Assembly (NCBI GenBank): GCA_000934665.2 | Contig: KZ538583.1 | Span: 1-60,624 of the forward strand | Length of the DNA stretch: 60,624 bases | Direction of reading: 5' to 3' | Source: Catajapyx aquilonaris | Taxonomy: Eukaryota | Part shown: positions 49,293-60,624 of the stretch, one piece after another | How the letters are laid out: each line of letters starts with the position of its first letter | How positions within the stretch are numbered: position 1 is the first letter of the stretch | Notes under the pieces: generated by a model | The model's input: only the letters and a program-made list of their open reading frames with translations | The model's database searches: none | Told to the model about the DNA's origin: nothing | Translations under genes and position numbers: made by a program

Positions 49293-50560
49293 CGAGGGAG
49301 TTCATATAGTTCGCGCCTTTGGGTTGAAGTAAATGAGTGAAGCTGTTCAAATTGCACGCATGTATTAGTCCTTCTCTCTGTATGAACCCTGCAAAGCCAC
49401 ACATTTTTCCCAGTGATTTACGACCAGTAGGACACCATCATTGTAGAAGTTGACACTTTGTGCTTGAAAATTGTTTTCAACCTCTGTGAGGGGGTCCTCG
49501 TCGCTTTCAAAAGACTTCCCACACAGTGCAGTGGTTTCTTCAAGTGGCGAAAGAGGATGAACTTTCCAGGGGCGAGGTCTGGGGAATACGGCGGATGGGG
49601 CAGAATATTGTACCCCAACTGGCCAGCAAGTGCCACAGTTGCATGGGCAGAATGAGCAGGTGCTTTGTCGTGACACCTTGCGTCACCATTCCTCGTCTCT
49701 TCCGCTTGATCTGGTGATGCAGGTTTTACAGGAGGTCTTGATAATACTGCCCTGTGATGGTCTGACCTTTTCGTGCCTAATGAGTCGTGATAAAATCCGC
49801 GGGAATAAAAAACACTGACAGTGAGCATAACCTCTCTAGATGATGTCTGAATTCTGGCCTTCGTCGGCGGTGGAGAGCTCTGATTGTTTCCACTGCTTGT
49901 TATTTAATTTTCTCTCTAGGTCGTAGTGGTACAGTACACCCAACTTTCGTCCGTGATGATGAGTCTGTTGAAAACATTGCCATCTTCGGAGAGGAACATC
50001 GGCAACATTTCCTCAGCCTTACGGAGGTTGAAAACTTTTTTCAAGCGCAAAGTGTCGACTTCGGCAATAATTGGGGAAAAGGTGTGGCTCTGCAGGGTTC
50101 ATACAGAAAGAAGGACTAATATTTTGTTTATTTTATTTAAGTTACCCCGTGATAAGGCGGAGCCTTTTTAGGGGGGTGGCACACCACCATCAGTTTTCTA
50201 GTAACTGTGTACTATTTTTTCTTCGCTCACCGGTGCAAGGAGACAGGGACATGGGTAAGGATAGGGATTTTTTGAGGAGGGAACATAGGGTGCAAGTGCA
50301 AGGTCTGTAAAGGGGTCTTGTGCTGTTCTCCAGGAGGTTAGGTTGCCAGACACCTCCTTGGTGCAGGTCAGAGACCCTCCTGAGTGCTCCTGACGCAAGT
50401 GAAAGGAAAACTCCCCAGGCGGGGATCGAACCTGGGGCCTTTCACTCAGCAAGCCGAGACGTTACCATCTCGGCCGAGAAGGACTAATACATGTGTGCAA
50501 TTTGAACCGTTTCTCTCATTTCCTTCAACCCGAAGGCGCGAACTTTATGAACGCCCCTCG
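49293..50560 (-). mobile_element. mariner-derived element with inverted duplicated 3' end
   Basis: CGAGGG..GTTCATA termini; frameshifted transposase HDKAPAHSAHAT..ILPHPPYSPDLAP..LFRHLKKPL / GKSFESDED..NHWEKCVALQGSYREKD* at about 49365-49720. Confidence 0.92.
50122..50476 (-). mobile_element. SINE family A (slightly 5'-truncated)
   Basis: 13-bp TSD agaaggactaata (50109-50121, 50477-50489). Confidence 0.93.
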
Positions 50561-52118
50561 TACGTTGTAGAGTTTCGTGAGCTGAGTCGAATGAGCCATG
50601 TGGCGATTTTCTGTGACGAACCATTTGGCCTCTAGACGCGCAATCGAGTTCAACGTCGGACTTTGTAGTCAAGGGGGTAACCACTTCGTGGAACCCTGTG
50701 GAACCGGCCTGGAACCGGGTGGGACCACCCGGTTCCAGGATCTGGTGTACTGTATACACTATTTTGGAGAGTGGTTAACCCCTTGCTTGTAGTCTGTAGT
50801 GGGATCATGAGTGGGATTATAAGTACTGTACAACATAACAATAACTGCCAAATGGTTTATCACAGAAAATCGCCACATGGCTCATTCCACTCAGCTCATG
50901 AAACTCTACAACATACATGAAAATGAGCCTGATAGGAGACACCTAAATTTACGACTTTGGACGCCTCTAGCGGCCAAACGGCACGGTAGATTTTCTTCGG
51001 CCTTCATAACATTTGACCCTGAAGCAGCCCCCTGTCACTTCCCCCTCAGTTGTATGGATTCGGTAGTTTAATTCGTGTCTCCGCCAGTCCCTGATTTTGG
51101 CGCTGGCGGAGCTACAGCGTTCGCTATCCGCCATCTTTTTCAAGGTGCACTCTAGTGGTAAGTCTGCGGAAGGAAAGGAAGATCGAGCCCCACGACAGAA
51201 TCATCCACTACCTACCACCCGAGTTCCGCCTTGATCAAGATGGAGTTTTAGCGAACCATGGGACACAGATATTACACTACCGTATTCGAGGAGTGTCATA
51301 GGGCTTCCCTGAGGTCAAGATGTATCAACTGACCAAGTTTCAGCCGAATCCAACTGGCTCAACTTTTCTCATAAGATGCGTCCTATTATGTCCTTCGGTA
51401 CACGAGATTACACCCATGACACTACGTACGTAATGAGTGATTTTCGCTCGCCTGGGACCAACGGGTCACGATTGGGGTCAATGTGAAAAGTGGTACCTAT
51501 ATTTCACTTCATATCTCAGTAACCAGTAGTTATATAGTAATGATTCATATGTCAATCGAATCCAAATGGTTCAGGGATTCATCAAACATCCAATAAAAAA
51601 TATGCCGTAAAGTGGGGCTACTTTGTACCGATTTTCGGTTATTTTGGTTAATATCTCCCTTACTATTGCAGTTTCGAACTTTAAAAATTTATGCACCATT
51701 CTTGAACATCTTAGCAACACTTGTGCACTATTGTTCGTGCAGGCCACATTATATAACACTGTACAGAAAATGGCAAAGTTGGACTAAAGTAGCCCCATGG
51801 GACTTTGGTCCAGTATGATGAACCCTTTGGAAAAATGTCCGTGGTTGAATATAAACCCCATTAGTGTAACATTTGTCCAGATACTATATAGGCCAAGACA
51901 TGTGTACATCTTGGAGATGTGAGGTCCCTCGGATATAATTCAAAACAGCAGTAGGCTATATTTGTCTGAATAAGCGGCATTTTTAAATGATATTTCGTGT
52001 GAATAATCGAATATATTAGTACAATATATTGCTACTAGTACGGTACTACATTGGTAATGGCATGGAGACACTTCTTGAACTCACTGACTGTACCTAGAGA
52101 GTCCAGTTTATCATGGCC

Positions 52119-52181
<63 letters not shown>

Positions 52182-52191
52182 TATACACACA

Positions 52192-52585
52192 CAGGGTGGA
52201 ACAACTTCAAGTGTCGTTTTATAACGGCGATTAATAGCAGTGATTTTGCGATGACGTAGCAGCGACGTGTAAAATGGCCCACTTCGGCGCCATCGAAAAT
52301 ATTAGCTGTGTTTCGTTTGCAGGCTTCCCCCTTGCATTACAGGTCCATGGTTCATCTGGTGCCTTGGACGTCACCCATTTCACCCAGGCGCATCGCAGGT
52401 CATGTGTGCACCTCCTTTTTTCCAGGTCAACCCAGCAGCAGGGTTGATTACATGTGTGCTCCTATTGGCAGCTAATATTTTCGATGGCGCCGAAGTGGGA
52501 CATTTTACACGTCGCTGCTACGTCATCGCAAAATCACTGCTATTAATCGCCGTTATAAAACGACACTTGAAGTTGGTCCACCCTG
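52192..52585. mobile_element. Tc1/mariner-type MITE
   Basis: CAGGGTGGA...TCCACCCTG|TA; about 115-bp TIRs. Confidence 0.9.
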
Positions 52586-52816
52586 TATATGAGCCAATGC
52601 GTCTTCAAACCTTACTCCGGACACATTTTATCATCATATTTGAATTTGAAAAACTCAATCAGACATCGATACTCATCGTCAGGTGCAAACTGCTAAAAAA
52701 TTGTCCTTTTATTTTACGGGAGGTACTGTATGTCGTAGCTGAATTATTAACGAGCGAAAAAATTAAGTATTGATTCTTACGGGATGGGAGGTCTCTGTCA
52801 AAATCAGCAGTTTATA

Positions 52817-54305
52817 CAGGGTGTTTCTTACTAGTAGGTCATGCCGCAAGAGGCATATTCCTTGGTCCGAACCAGCCCCCTGACACATCCACCCTAGCCC
52901 TGTGTTAACGGTTGTTTAACATAAAAGTCTCCGCCATGCGGGGAATTTGGCGCTGGTGCGCCCCCACAGCATGCTAGCGGGCCTTTATTATTTGAGGGGC
53001 TCTGTGCAACATAGTCCTATGCCACATCTGGTTCATTTCGAGATAATGAAGGATTTTGATTTTGATTTCTGCAGCTAGACAGCAGATCCGATAAGACTAC
53101 TTCCCGTATACCACACCATCTGTTGATGGACCGGGAAAATTTTAACTCAGATGCTGTAGCATGTCTTTGGGGATCTATATATGGCCTTAACTCTTTTCGT
53201 CAGAAAATGTGGCATAGGACTATGTTGCACAGAGCCCCTCATTTATATTACTTATAAAGGGCCACTACCCAAAGCCATATACTGGGGGGTCGGTTCGGGT
53301 TGGCTGCCTTCCGAACCATCCCTAACCGCCCTTTCCTCGGAGGGTTGTCACAGAACAGGATTCGGGTGGCTGCCAGCAGTAGATGGCTATGGGGTCGCGC
53401 CAGCGCAAATTCCCCGTATGGCGGAGACTTTTAAACTATTATTTATTAAACTACCATATCGTATGGGGAAGATGCGGTGGCCGAGATGGTAACGTCTCGG
53501 CTTGCTGTGCGAAAGGTCCCGGGTTCTAATCCCCGCCCGGTAGTTACCTTTCGCCTGCGCCAGTGGGTCTCCGACCCGCGCCTAAGGAGGCGTCTTGGCG
53601 GCAACCGGCCTCCTGGGGGACTGCACATGACCCTTTCAGACATTGCACTTGCACCTGTGTCACCTCCCAAATCCTCCTTATCCTTACCCTATTTCCCTAA
53701 TAATTGTCCTTGCAGGGAGTCCGAAGAAAATCTGAAAATTATTGAAATGGTGGTAATCCACCCCCCTAAAAGGGCTTCGTTCCCTCCAATGATTTTTTTA
53801 AAACTGCCGTATCATATGTGTGTCAGGGGCCTGGTCCGAACCAAGTCTAAAATGTAGGGGGGATAAATGTGAGGAGCCAACCTGTAACGAGGTAGACGAC
53901 CCGAAACATTGGCATACCCCTAGACCCATGCGGCAGCACACGACGCCTCTTTGTAGGAAGATCTCCTGGCAGATGGAGCCGCGCTCCTTGTCTAGGGAGC
54001 AGGACATGAGCGTGACAATTACTTCTGCGTAAGAGGCGATATCGCAAAATCCCATCAGTAATGATTATCACGCTCATATCCTGCTCCGTGGGCAAGGCGC
54101 GCGGGGGTCCATCTGCCAGGAGATCTCCCTACAAAGAGGCGTCGTGTGTTGCCGCATGGGTCTAGGGGTATGCCAATGTTTCGGGTCGTCTACCTCGTTA
54201 AAGGTTGGTCCCTCGACATTTCCAGCCCATACGTTAATTTTTAGACTTGGTTTGGGCCAAGGAATATGCCACTTGCGGCTTGACCTACTAGTAAGAAACG
54301 CCCTG
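52817..54305. mobile_element. Tc1/mariner-type element with internal hairpins and nested SINE
   Basis: TA|CAGGGTGTTTCTTACTAGTAGGTCA...TGACCTACTAGTAAGAAACGCCCTG|TA; internal hairpin about 53830-54258. Confidence 0.85.
53465..53799 (+). mobile_element. SINE family A
   Basis: A/B boxes and family A body; imperfect TSD aaact(a/g)cc(a/g)tatc(g/a)tatg. Confidence 0.88.
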
Positions 54306-54805
54306 TATAATGGTGCATGCAAGTTTCCAACCATAATTGGTCGCCAATTGCGGACGCTACACCGTACAGTGATACGACCGGTTTGTTAAAAATGTAAATG
54401 TCCGTAAGCAGCTGAATCTGCTGTTGAATTTGTCCCATACATTGCAGATGGTCGTTCCAGACCGTTAGGTCTAGGTCCTTATGAAACTGAATAGGTTGCA
54501 TTCTGTAGTAGACACTATGATCCTGATTGTCGCCGAATAATCTGAACTCTTTGACACGGTGCAGTACGTACGTACGTCTAAACACAGAGGAAAGACAATG
54601 CAAATGACCAAGTTCATCGTGCTACAGTCGAAAAATTGCAAAGTGGTGTCTCCTTCACCTTATGGTAACGCATGTTTCAGGGTACACCATGCTGGCTGCT
54701 TGCATGTAGTCTACCAGAGGAATAACGTTTCCCCTTCTTGTTGTTGTAAGTTATGCAGATGGGTGAAATACTGATAATAAGGTCATTTGGCCATTTTAAT
54801 TACAG

Positions 54806-55014
54806 CCTCCACTGTCCATTCCACATCCCACGGCTGCACTGACTTCAGTCCATGCATCTTTGCCTCACTTGCTGCCCTCACCCGCCCTGGCCTCGCCTGT
54901 CGGCTCGCCTTGCTCTCAGCCAGGTGCTGGTGGTCCTGCCCCCTGCTCCACGCTCTTTGTTGCCAATTTGGGACAGTTTGTGTCTGAGCAGGAGCTCAAG
55001 GATGCCTTCAGCAG
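54806..55014 (+). CDS. cpo: couch potato long-isoform exon, linker and start of RRM2
   Basis: ttttaattacag acceptor, AG|gtaagc donor; 209 nt, phase 0/2; PPLSIPHPTAALTSVHASLPHLLPSPALASPVGSPCSQPGAGGPAPCSTLFVANLGQFVSEQELKDAFS; CSTLFVANLG is the RNP2 of the Cpo/MEC-8 second RRM; absent from the ORF track because this frame has no listed ORF. Confidence 0.94.
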
Positions 55015-55654
55015 GTAAGCTTCATTCAGTTTGAGCAGAGCTGATGATCTTACAACGACTGCGCTTTCATCCTATGTTCTTGTACACTAGGATCGTTCTT
55101 TCCTTTATACGTATTGCCAGTTACAGGAAATCCTCGTTATACACAGGGGGAAGGCACGCACTGGATCCTCTGCCTCCCTCTTTTCACAATGGGCTTCCAG
55201 TCTCTCTGGAATGTTTCAATTTTTTCTGCTCTACATAGTGAGTTCATACCCAGAAGTCCAGAATCAATCATCTCATGCGCTGGTTGAACTTCAAACTAAG
55301 TATTTGCATGAATCCATTGCCCGGAAATTCGCGGAATGAAAACCACACTAAAAACGAGTTGGTTTGTTTGTCGAGACAACTGGACGTGATAGTAGGCTAA
55401 GTGCCGACATCGGGTCTAAGAGCTGTCAGATGTTGTTTGCATAGTGCAAATCACTGCTACTTTAACCGTTACCTTAGAGTTTAGTAAGTCCTTTAGTGCA
55501 TTTCATTCAAAAAATCAGCCTCCGGTCTGGATTCTCTCCCCTGAAACACTTCCGGATGCTCCGCGAATCCGACATTACCCTGATCTGTGCAGATCTCGTT
55601 TGGTCCGCAGCAATTGTAACGATAATATAAGTAGTACATAGTTCATAGTTAATA

Positions 55655-56419
55655 CATGGTGTCCCTTACTAGTCGCCCTTCCGTCCGGCAGTGCACTCAT
55701 TGGTCCAAAAACAAGTCGTAAATGTAGGGAGGAGAAATGTGGAGGCAGTAACCGGTAACGAGATAAACTATGATCAAGATGAGGTCGCCCCTAAGACAAT
55801 CGCGGCCACCCACCCACCGGCTTTTGTGCGGGAGGAGCGGCAATCGGTTCGACTCCCTCACTTGTAGGGGTTGCCTAGGGCAGCGGTTCTCAAACTGTGT
55901 TCCGCGGAACCCTAGGGTTCCGTGACACCAGCATAGGGGTTCCGCAAAAGATTTGGAAAATATAAAAGATAAAATTTAGTGCCTAAAAAACAATTGCATC
56001 ATTGCCTTGAAAAACAAATTTTAACATAACCTTGCCCTACCATTTAACAACAAAAAGACTTATAGGTATTCCTAGTGTAGATTATGAGTAAGATTAGGGT
56101 TCAGGGTTCCGCAAAAGAATTATGAGGTAAATAGGGTTCCGCGGCCCAAAAAGTTTGAGAACCGCTGGCCTAGGGGCAGGATAGGAACCCGACATTGCGC
56201 CCTGAGCACGAGACCACCTTGCTAAAGCCATTGCCGCTCCTCCCGCACAAAAGCCGGTGGGTGGGTGGCCGCGATTGTCCTAGGGGCGACCTCATCTTGA
56301 TCATCGTTTATCTCGTTACCGGTTACTGCCTCCACATTTCTCCTCCCTACATTTACGACTTGTTTTTGGGCCAATGAGTGCACTGCCGGACGGAAGGGCG
56401 ACTAGTAAGGGACACCCTG
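55655..56419. mobile_element. Tc1/mariner-type MITE
   Basis: about 190-bp TIRs ca(t/g)ggtgtcccttactagtcgcccttccg. Confidence 0.88.
55881..56167. mobile_element. hAT (Buster/Charlie-type) MITE
   Basis: CAGCGGTTCTCAAACT TIRs; perfect 8-bp TSD gccTAggg (nnnTAnnn); gggttccg motifs. Confidence 0.93.
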
Positions 56420-56424
56420 ATATA

Positions 56425-57012
56425 CATGGTGTTTATTGTAACTCTGCAAAGACTTTCAGGGGTAATAGAGGGGACCAAGACAAGTATTTTTGACATAGGA
56501 ACCCGTGTCCGGAAACGCCATCTAGAGGGGGTTCATAGACAAGGAACGGGTGCGCTCAGACGCGTCACGCGAGAGGCGCTAGGCGAGCGGACTGTTTTGT
56601 TGACAGATGGCGCTCTGAAAGTAACCTACGATGCGATATGCCATAACGTGACAACAACAGAGTCATCTAGCAACTAAAATCCCCCNNNNNNNNNNAAAAC
56701 CCCCCCCCCCCCCCTAGGAGACGCGCGGATAGTCAGCAGCGGTTCTGTTGTTGCCAGGTTATGGCGTATCGCGTTGTTGTTTACTTACAACGACGCGATA
56801 CGCTATAACCTGGCAACAACTGCGCGCCATCTATTAACAAAACAGTTCGCTCGACTAGCGCATATCGCGTGACGCGTCTAAGCGCACCCGTTCCTTGTCT
56901 ATGAACCTCCTCTAGATGGCGTTTCCGGACACGGGTTCCTATGTCAAAAATCCTTGTCTTGGTCCCCTCTATTACCCCTGAAAGTCTTTGCAGAGATACA
57001 ATAAACACCCTG
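56425..57012. mobile_element. palindromic Tc1/mariner-type MITE
   Basis: long inverted arms; same family as 58446-59007; N gap in the centre. Confidence 0.88.
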
Positions 57013-57164
57013 CATACAGCTGCGTATAGCTGGCTCTTAAGCAACAAGCGTCTCATCAGCGCTATCCTGTATGCCGAGTTGCGTTACTAGGAGTGTGACA
57101 ATAATATCAAAAGATTGAAGGCGCTGATTCTTATGAAGGTCGTATGTGTATAATATACAGACGA

Positions 57165-57499
57165 GGGGAGGTGTGGTGGCCGTGATGGTAACGTCACGGC
57201 TTGCTGAGTGAAAGGCCCCAGGTTCGATCCCCGCCTGGGGAACTTTCCTTTCACCTGCGTCAGGAGGGTCTCTGACCTGCACCAAGAGGTGTCTGGCAAC
57301 CTAACCTCCTGGGGGACACCACATGACCCCTTTACCGATATATTGCACTTGCACCAATGTTCCCTCCCCAAAATCCCCACCCCTACCCTACATCCTAGAC
57401 TCCTTGCACCGGTGTATGAAGTTAAACGGAGAGAAAATGGTGGTATCCCACCCACCTAAAAAGGCTAAGCCTTATCACGGGGTAACGTAAAAAAATAAT
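57165..57499 (+). mobile_element. SINE family A, full length
   Basis: 12-bp TSD atatacagacga (57153-57164, 57500-57511). Confidence 0.94.
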
Positions 57500-57960
57500 A
57501 TATACAGACGACCTTCATAAGAATCGGCGTCTATGTAGATGAGGCGGAAAATAATGATGATTACACTAAACATTGCCATATCTATTGTCGTTAGGCATGG
57601 TTGACTTCATTTTGGTGCAACTTAAATTTTGTCCCCGTTTATGAGTGCCAAATGCGTGCCAAAAGTAATGTAGGCTACACTGACTAGACTGACTAGAGGC
57701 ATTCCACGTCAACTACTACCACTTTTCCGACAAACCTTGTCCTATTTTGACCAAAATTTGTAGGTGTGTAGTAGTCGTCATTATAATTTATTATGTAAGA
57801 ACCCAAGTTTTTGTATCCCTGTGTCCCCCCTAAAGTGAATCAACATGTGATACACGGTTTAGAAAGCTCCTTTAACGGTCATTCATAATATCGCATCGAA
57901 AATCGCCGGAAGAGAACTTTTATTTTTCAAAATGGCGGCCAAATTTTGGTTTTAATACGT

Positions 57961-59321
57961 ATTAGATCAAAAACTTTCCCTTCAGTAAAAAAAGAGAAGT
58001 AAAACCTCCGCGGCGGAATGAAGGTACTGAAACAAGGTAGGCGCACGTAAGACCTTCACCAATTGATTTAAGCTGTACCATGGGTCTTACTCAAGCAATT
58101 ACCAATTTACTACTCATGAAATCTCCATTCTGAAAACGAATTTGTGGAATTTCTGTCGTACTACTAGCTACTTCTAACTTAGCGGTACCAGTGTACTGCA
58201 ATGGTATACTGCTAGGTTAGCAGTAACTACAGACCTATAGTTAATAGTAATAGGAGTACGACGAATATTCCACCCATTAATTTTCCATGAGCCACTCCAT
58301 ATTAGTGTTTTACGAAATTAGGGACTTCAATATTAAGCGCATTGAATTTCTATGCGATTAGTGCGAATTATTGCTATGAAACATTCATGCAGAATCGTCA
58401 CCTCTTTCAGATGCTGATTTTAACTCTAACATTTAATTTTTCACATAGGGTGTAAATGAATTCAACCGACAAACTTCTAGGGGTGATAGAGGGGATCAAG
58501 ACAAACATTTTTGACATAGGAAACCGTGTCCGGAAACGCCATCTAGAGGGGGTTCATAGACGAGGAACGGGTGCGCTCAGACGCGTCACGCGAGAGGCGC
58601 AAGTCGAGTGGACTGTTTTGTTGATATATGGCGCGCAGTTGTTGCCAGGTTATGGCGTATCGTGTTGTTGTTTACTTACAACGACGCGATACGCCATAAC
58701 CTGGCAACAACAGAACCGCTGTTGACTATCCGCGCGTCTCCTAGGAGGCGGACTTTAGTTGCTAGATGACTCTGTTGTTGCCACGTTATGGCACATCGTA
58801 TCGTTGGTTACTATCCGAGCGCCATCTATCAACAAAACAGTTCACTCCCCTAGCGCCTCACGCGTGACGCGTCTGAGCGCACCCATTCCTAGTCTATGAA
58901 CCCCCTCTAGATGGCGTTTCCGGACACGGTTTCCTATGTCCAAAATGTTTGTCTTGGTCCCCTCTATCACCCCTAGAAGTTTGTCGGTTGAATTCATTTA
59001 CACCCTGTATAAACGTTAATTGGGGAATTTTATAGGGTCTTTTTCGATTGGACCAAGTCTGTTAGAATGGGTTTAGTTTTTCCCCCATTTTTTTTTTTCC
59101 TTTCATAATAAAATCCTACCTATACTGCTCTGAGTAGTATGCAGCAGTCATTTTACGAGACGTTCCATACCGTACTTGAGAATTGCTTGAGTAAGACCTA
59201 TGGTACAGCTTAAATCAATTGGTGAAGGTCTTACGTGCGCCTGCCTTGTTTCAGTACCTTCATTCCGCCGCGGAGGTCTTACTTCTCTTTATATTACTGA
59301 AGGGAAAGTTTTTGATCTAAT
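57961..59321. repeat. 140-bp inverted repeat pair (TE arms)
   Basis: 57961-58100 is the reverse complement of 59181-59321. Confidence 0.85.
58446..59007. mobile_element. palindromic Tc1/mariner-type MITE
   Basis: (t)agggtgtaaatgaattcaaccgac TIRs; ends CACCCTG|TA. Confidence 0.9.
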
Positions 59322-60624
59322 TTCAGTTCTTTTTTGACAAGTACACATAACTTATGCTCTACACTATACAGTCTGCACTATGAATGCATTGGAGACGATT
59401 TTCGTCGCTTAGAAGTCCGTAAAATTATTTTCACAGAGATAGTCGTAAAAAAACGAAAGTCGAGTGCTACCAGCCAACGGTTAGTCTGATTTAATTATTA
59501 TGAAATAGCCTATACGCTAAAATATGCGGAATATATACATTGAGAACTGTACCAGACGAATTTGCTGAAATCGTGGTACTTTGCAAGAATTCAATCAATA
59601 TACTTATCTGCGGCTTGCCTACGTCACATCTGAAAACTCCCAACCGTACTTAATTTTCGCGAAATGCGACGATTTCAGCAAATCAGTTCGTCTGGCACGT
59701 TACAATAAAATACGCAAGTACATGTCTGCAAAACCTGCGTAACGAACGGACAGTATGTCTGTGTATATGTCCAGGACATGTATCTTTTCCAATTCCCGGA
59801 CCCGCGGAAACCAAAACTAGGCAACTGTCACCAATGTCATTTACAACATTATTCGGGGCAACCCTTCAATTATCTACATTGAGAACCATACCAGACGAAT
59901 TTACTTGAATCCGGACACAACAAACTTCAAAAGACTGCGGAAAAAGTCTGTTATAACCGAGGTCTGTTATAGGGCAATTCCACGTGAACGTGACCACCTT
60001 TTGCACGAAAAAATTTGCCCGTCGATGAATGTGAGATATGTTTGAGTCCATGTCAAGTTATGACCTTTCCCACAAGGATTTGGTCCTCTGATGCGTGGTT
60101 GCCTATCTACAGGCGCTAATTGCACTTGGATCACAGTTAGAGGCGCCCCCTATTACATTTACATGACAACGTAAATGCATGATGTAATACATGTTTCATA
60201 TGTGAAATTGTCTCCTCTGTCAGACAAAAATAGTCGCTTTCCGATAGCTGTGCAAATTCATGTCAAAATGCGACATTTTTGCAAACAAATGACATTTTCA
60301 AAAAAAGAGCCAAAGTCAAATGTCATCGCATTGATATCAAAATGCACCTTGAAGTGTCCTCTATCAGTGGTACAAACGGAATTTTGGAATACGAAATGGT
60401 TACGGAGCTATAGGTACTGACGTGGAGCGCTGCGCTAGTGGCCACGCCCGCTGAATGAAAAAGAGCGGCCCACCTAGGTCCGTCTGCATGTCTCAGGTAG
60501 TGTACGCTTGTCCTTTGTGTTTCATTCACTTAAGAAAATAGTTCCAAAAAAAATTACCATAGAATAGTAAGAATAAATGAAAATTCCCTTGTCATGTTCA
60601 ACAAAGTTTCAATTTTCACAAGTG

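Larger units (their letters stand above)
49103..51395. mobile_element. foldback element hosting the mariner derivative
   Basis: 49103-49290 plus 50561-50630 are the reverse complement of 50846-51000 plus 51305-51395. Confidence 0.82.

Noticed and set aside
49365..49828. Active mariner transposase
   Set aside because: Frameshifted, N-terminus missing, catalytic motifs degraded (HDK for HDN; LAPGK for LAPSD)
55015..60624. Next RRM2 exon (phase 2 acceptor)
   Set aside because: Searched by eye and found no matching coding segment; probably beyond the window

Overview
Eukaryotic, most likely arthropod, genomic DNA from a gapped assembly (short N runs). The window lies inside one large + strand gene: a couch potato (cpo; RBPMS/MEC-8 family) RRM RNA-binding protein gene. 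Six coding exons can be read with canonical AG/GT borders and compatible phases: 14224-14301, 14643-14696, 14938-15000, 32141-32282, 40303-40448/40466 and 54806-55014. They encode RRM1, a Pro/Ala/His-rich linker, the short-isoform end ...HPQVPVRSYL* and the start of RRM2. The first exon(s) and the rest of RRM2 were not found in the window. Introns are packed with non-autonomous transposons: tRNA-derived SINEs of four families with target-site duplications (TSDs) and interchangeable tails, palindromic MITEs (Tc1/mariner, pogo/Tigger, hAT, Harbinger, piggyBac, CACTA types), decayed mariner and THAP fragments, and nesting up to four levels deep. Almost all ORFs in the supplied track are repeat by-products. 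I found no intact novel multi-gene system. The best leads are cpo splicing features (NAGNAG, alternative acceptor and donors, a GCAC cluster, a frame-closed exon trio flanked by inverted repeats) and several unusual TE architectures. All family calls are by-eye recognition; no searches were run.
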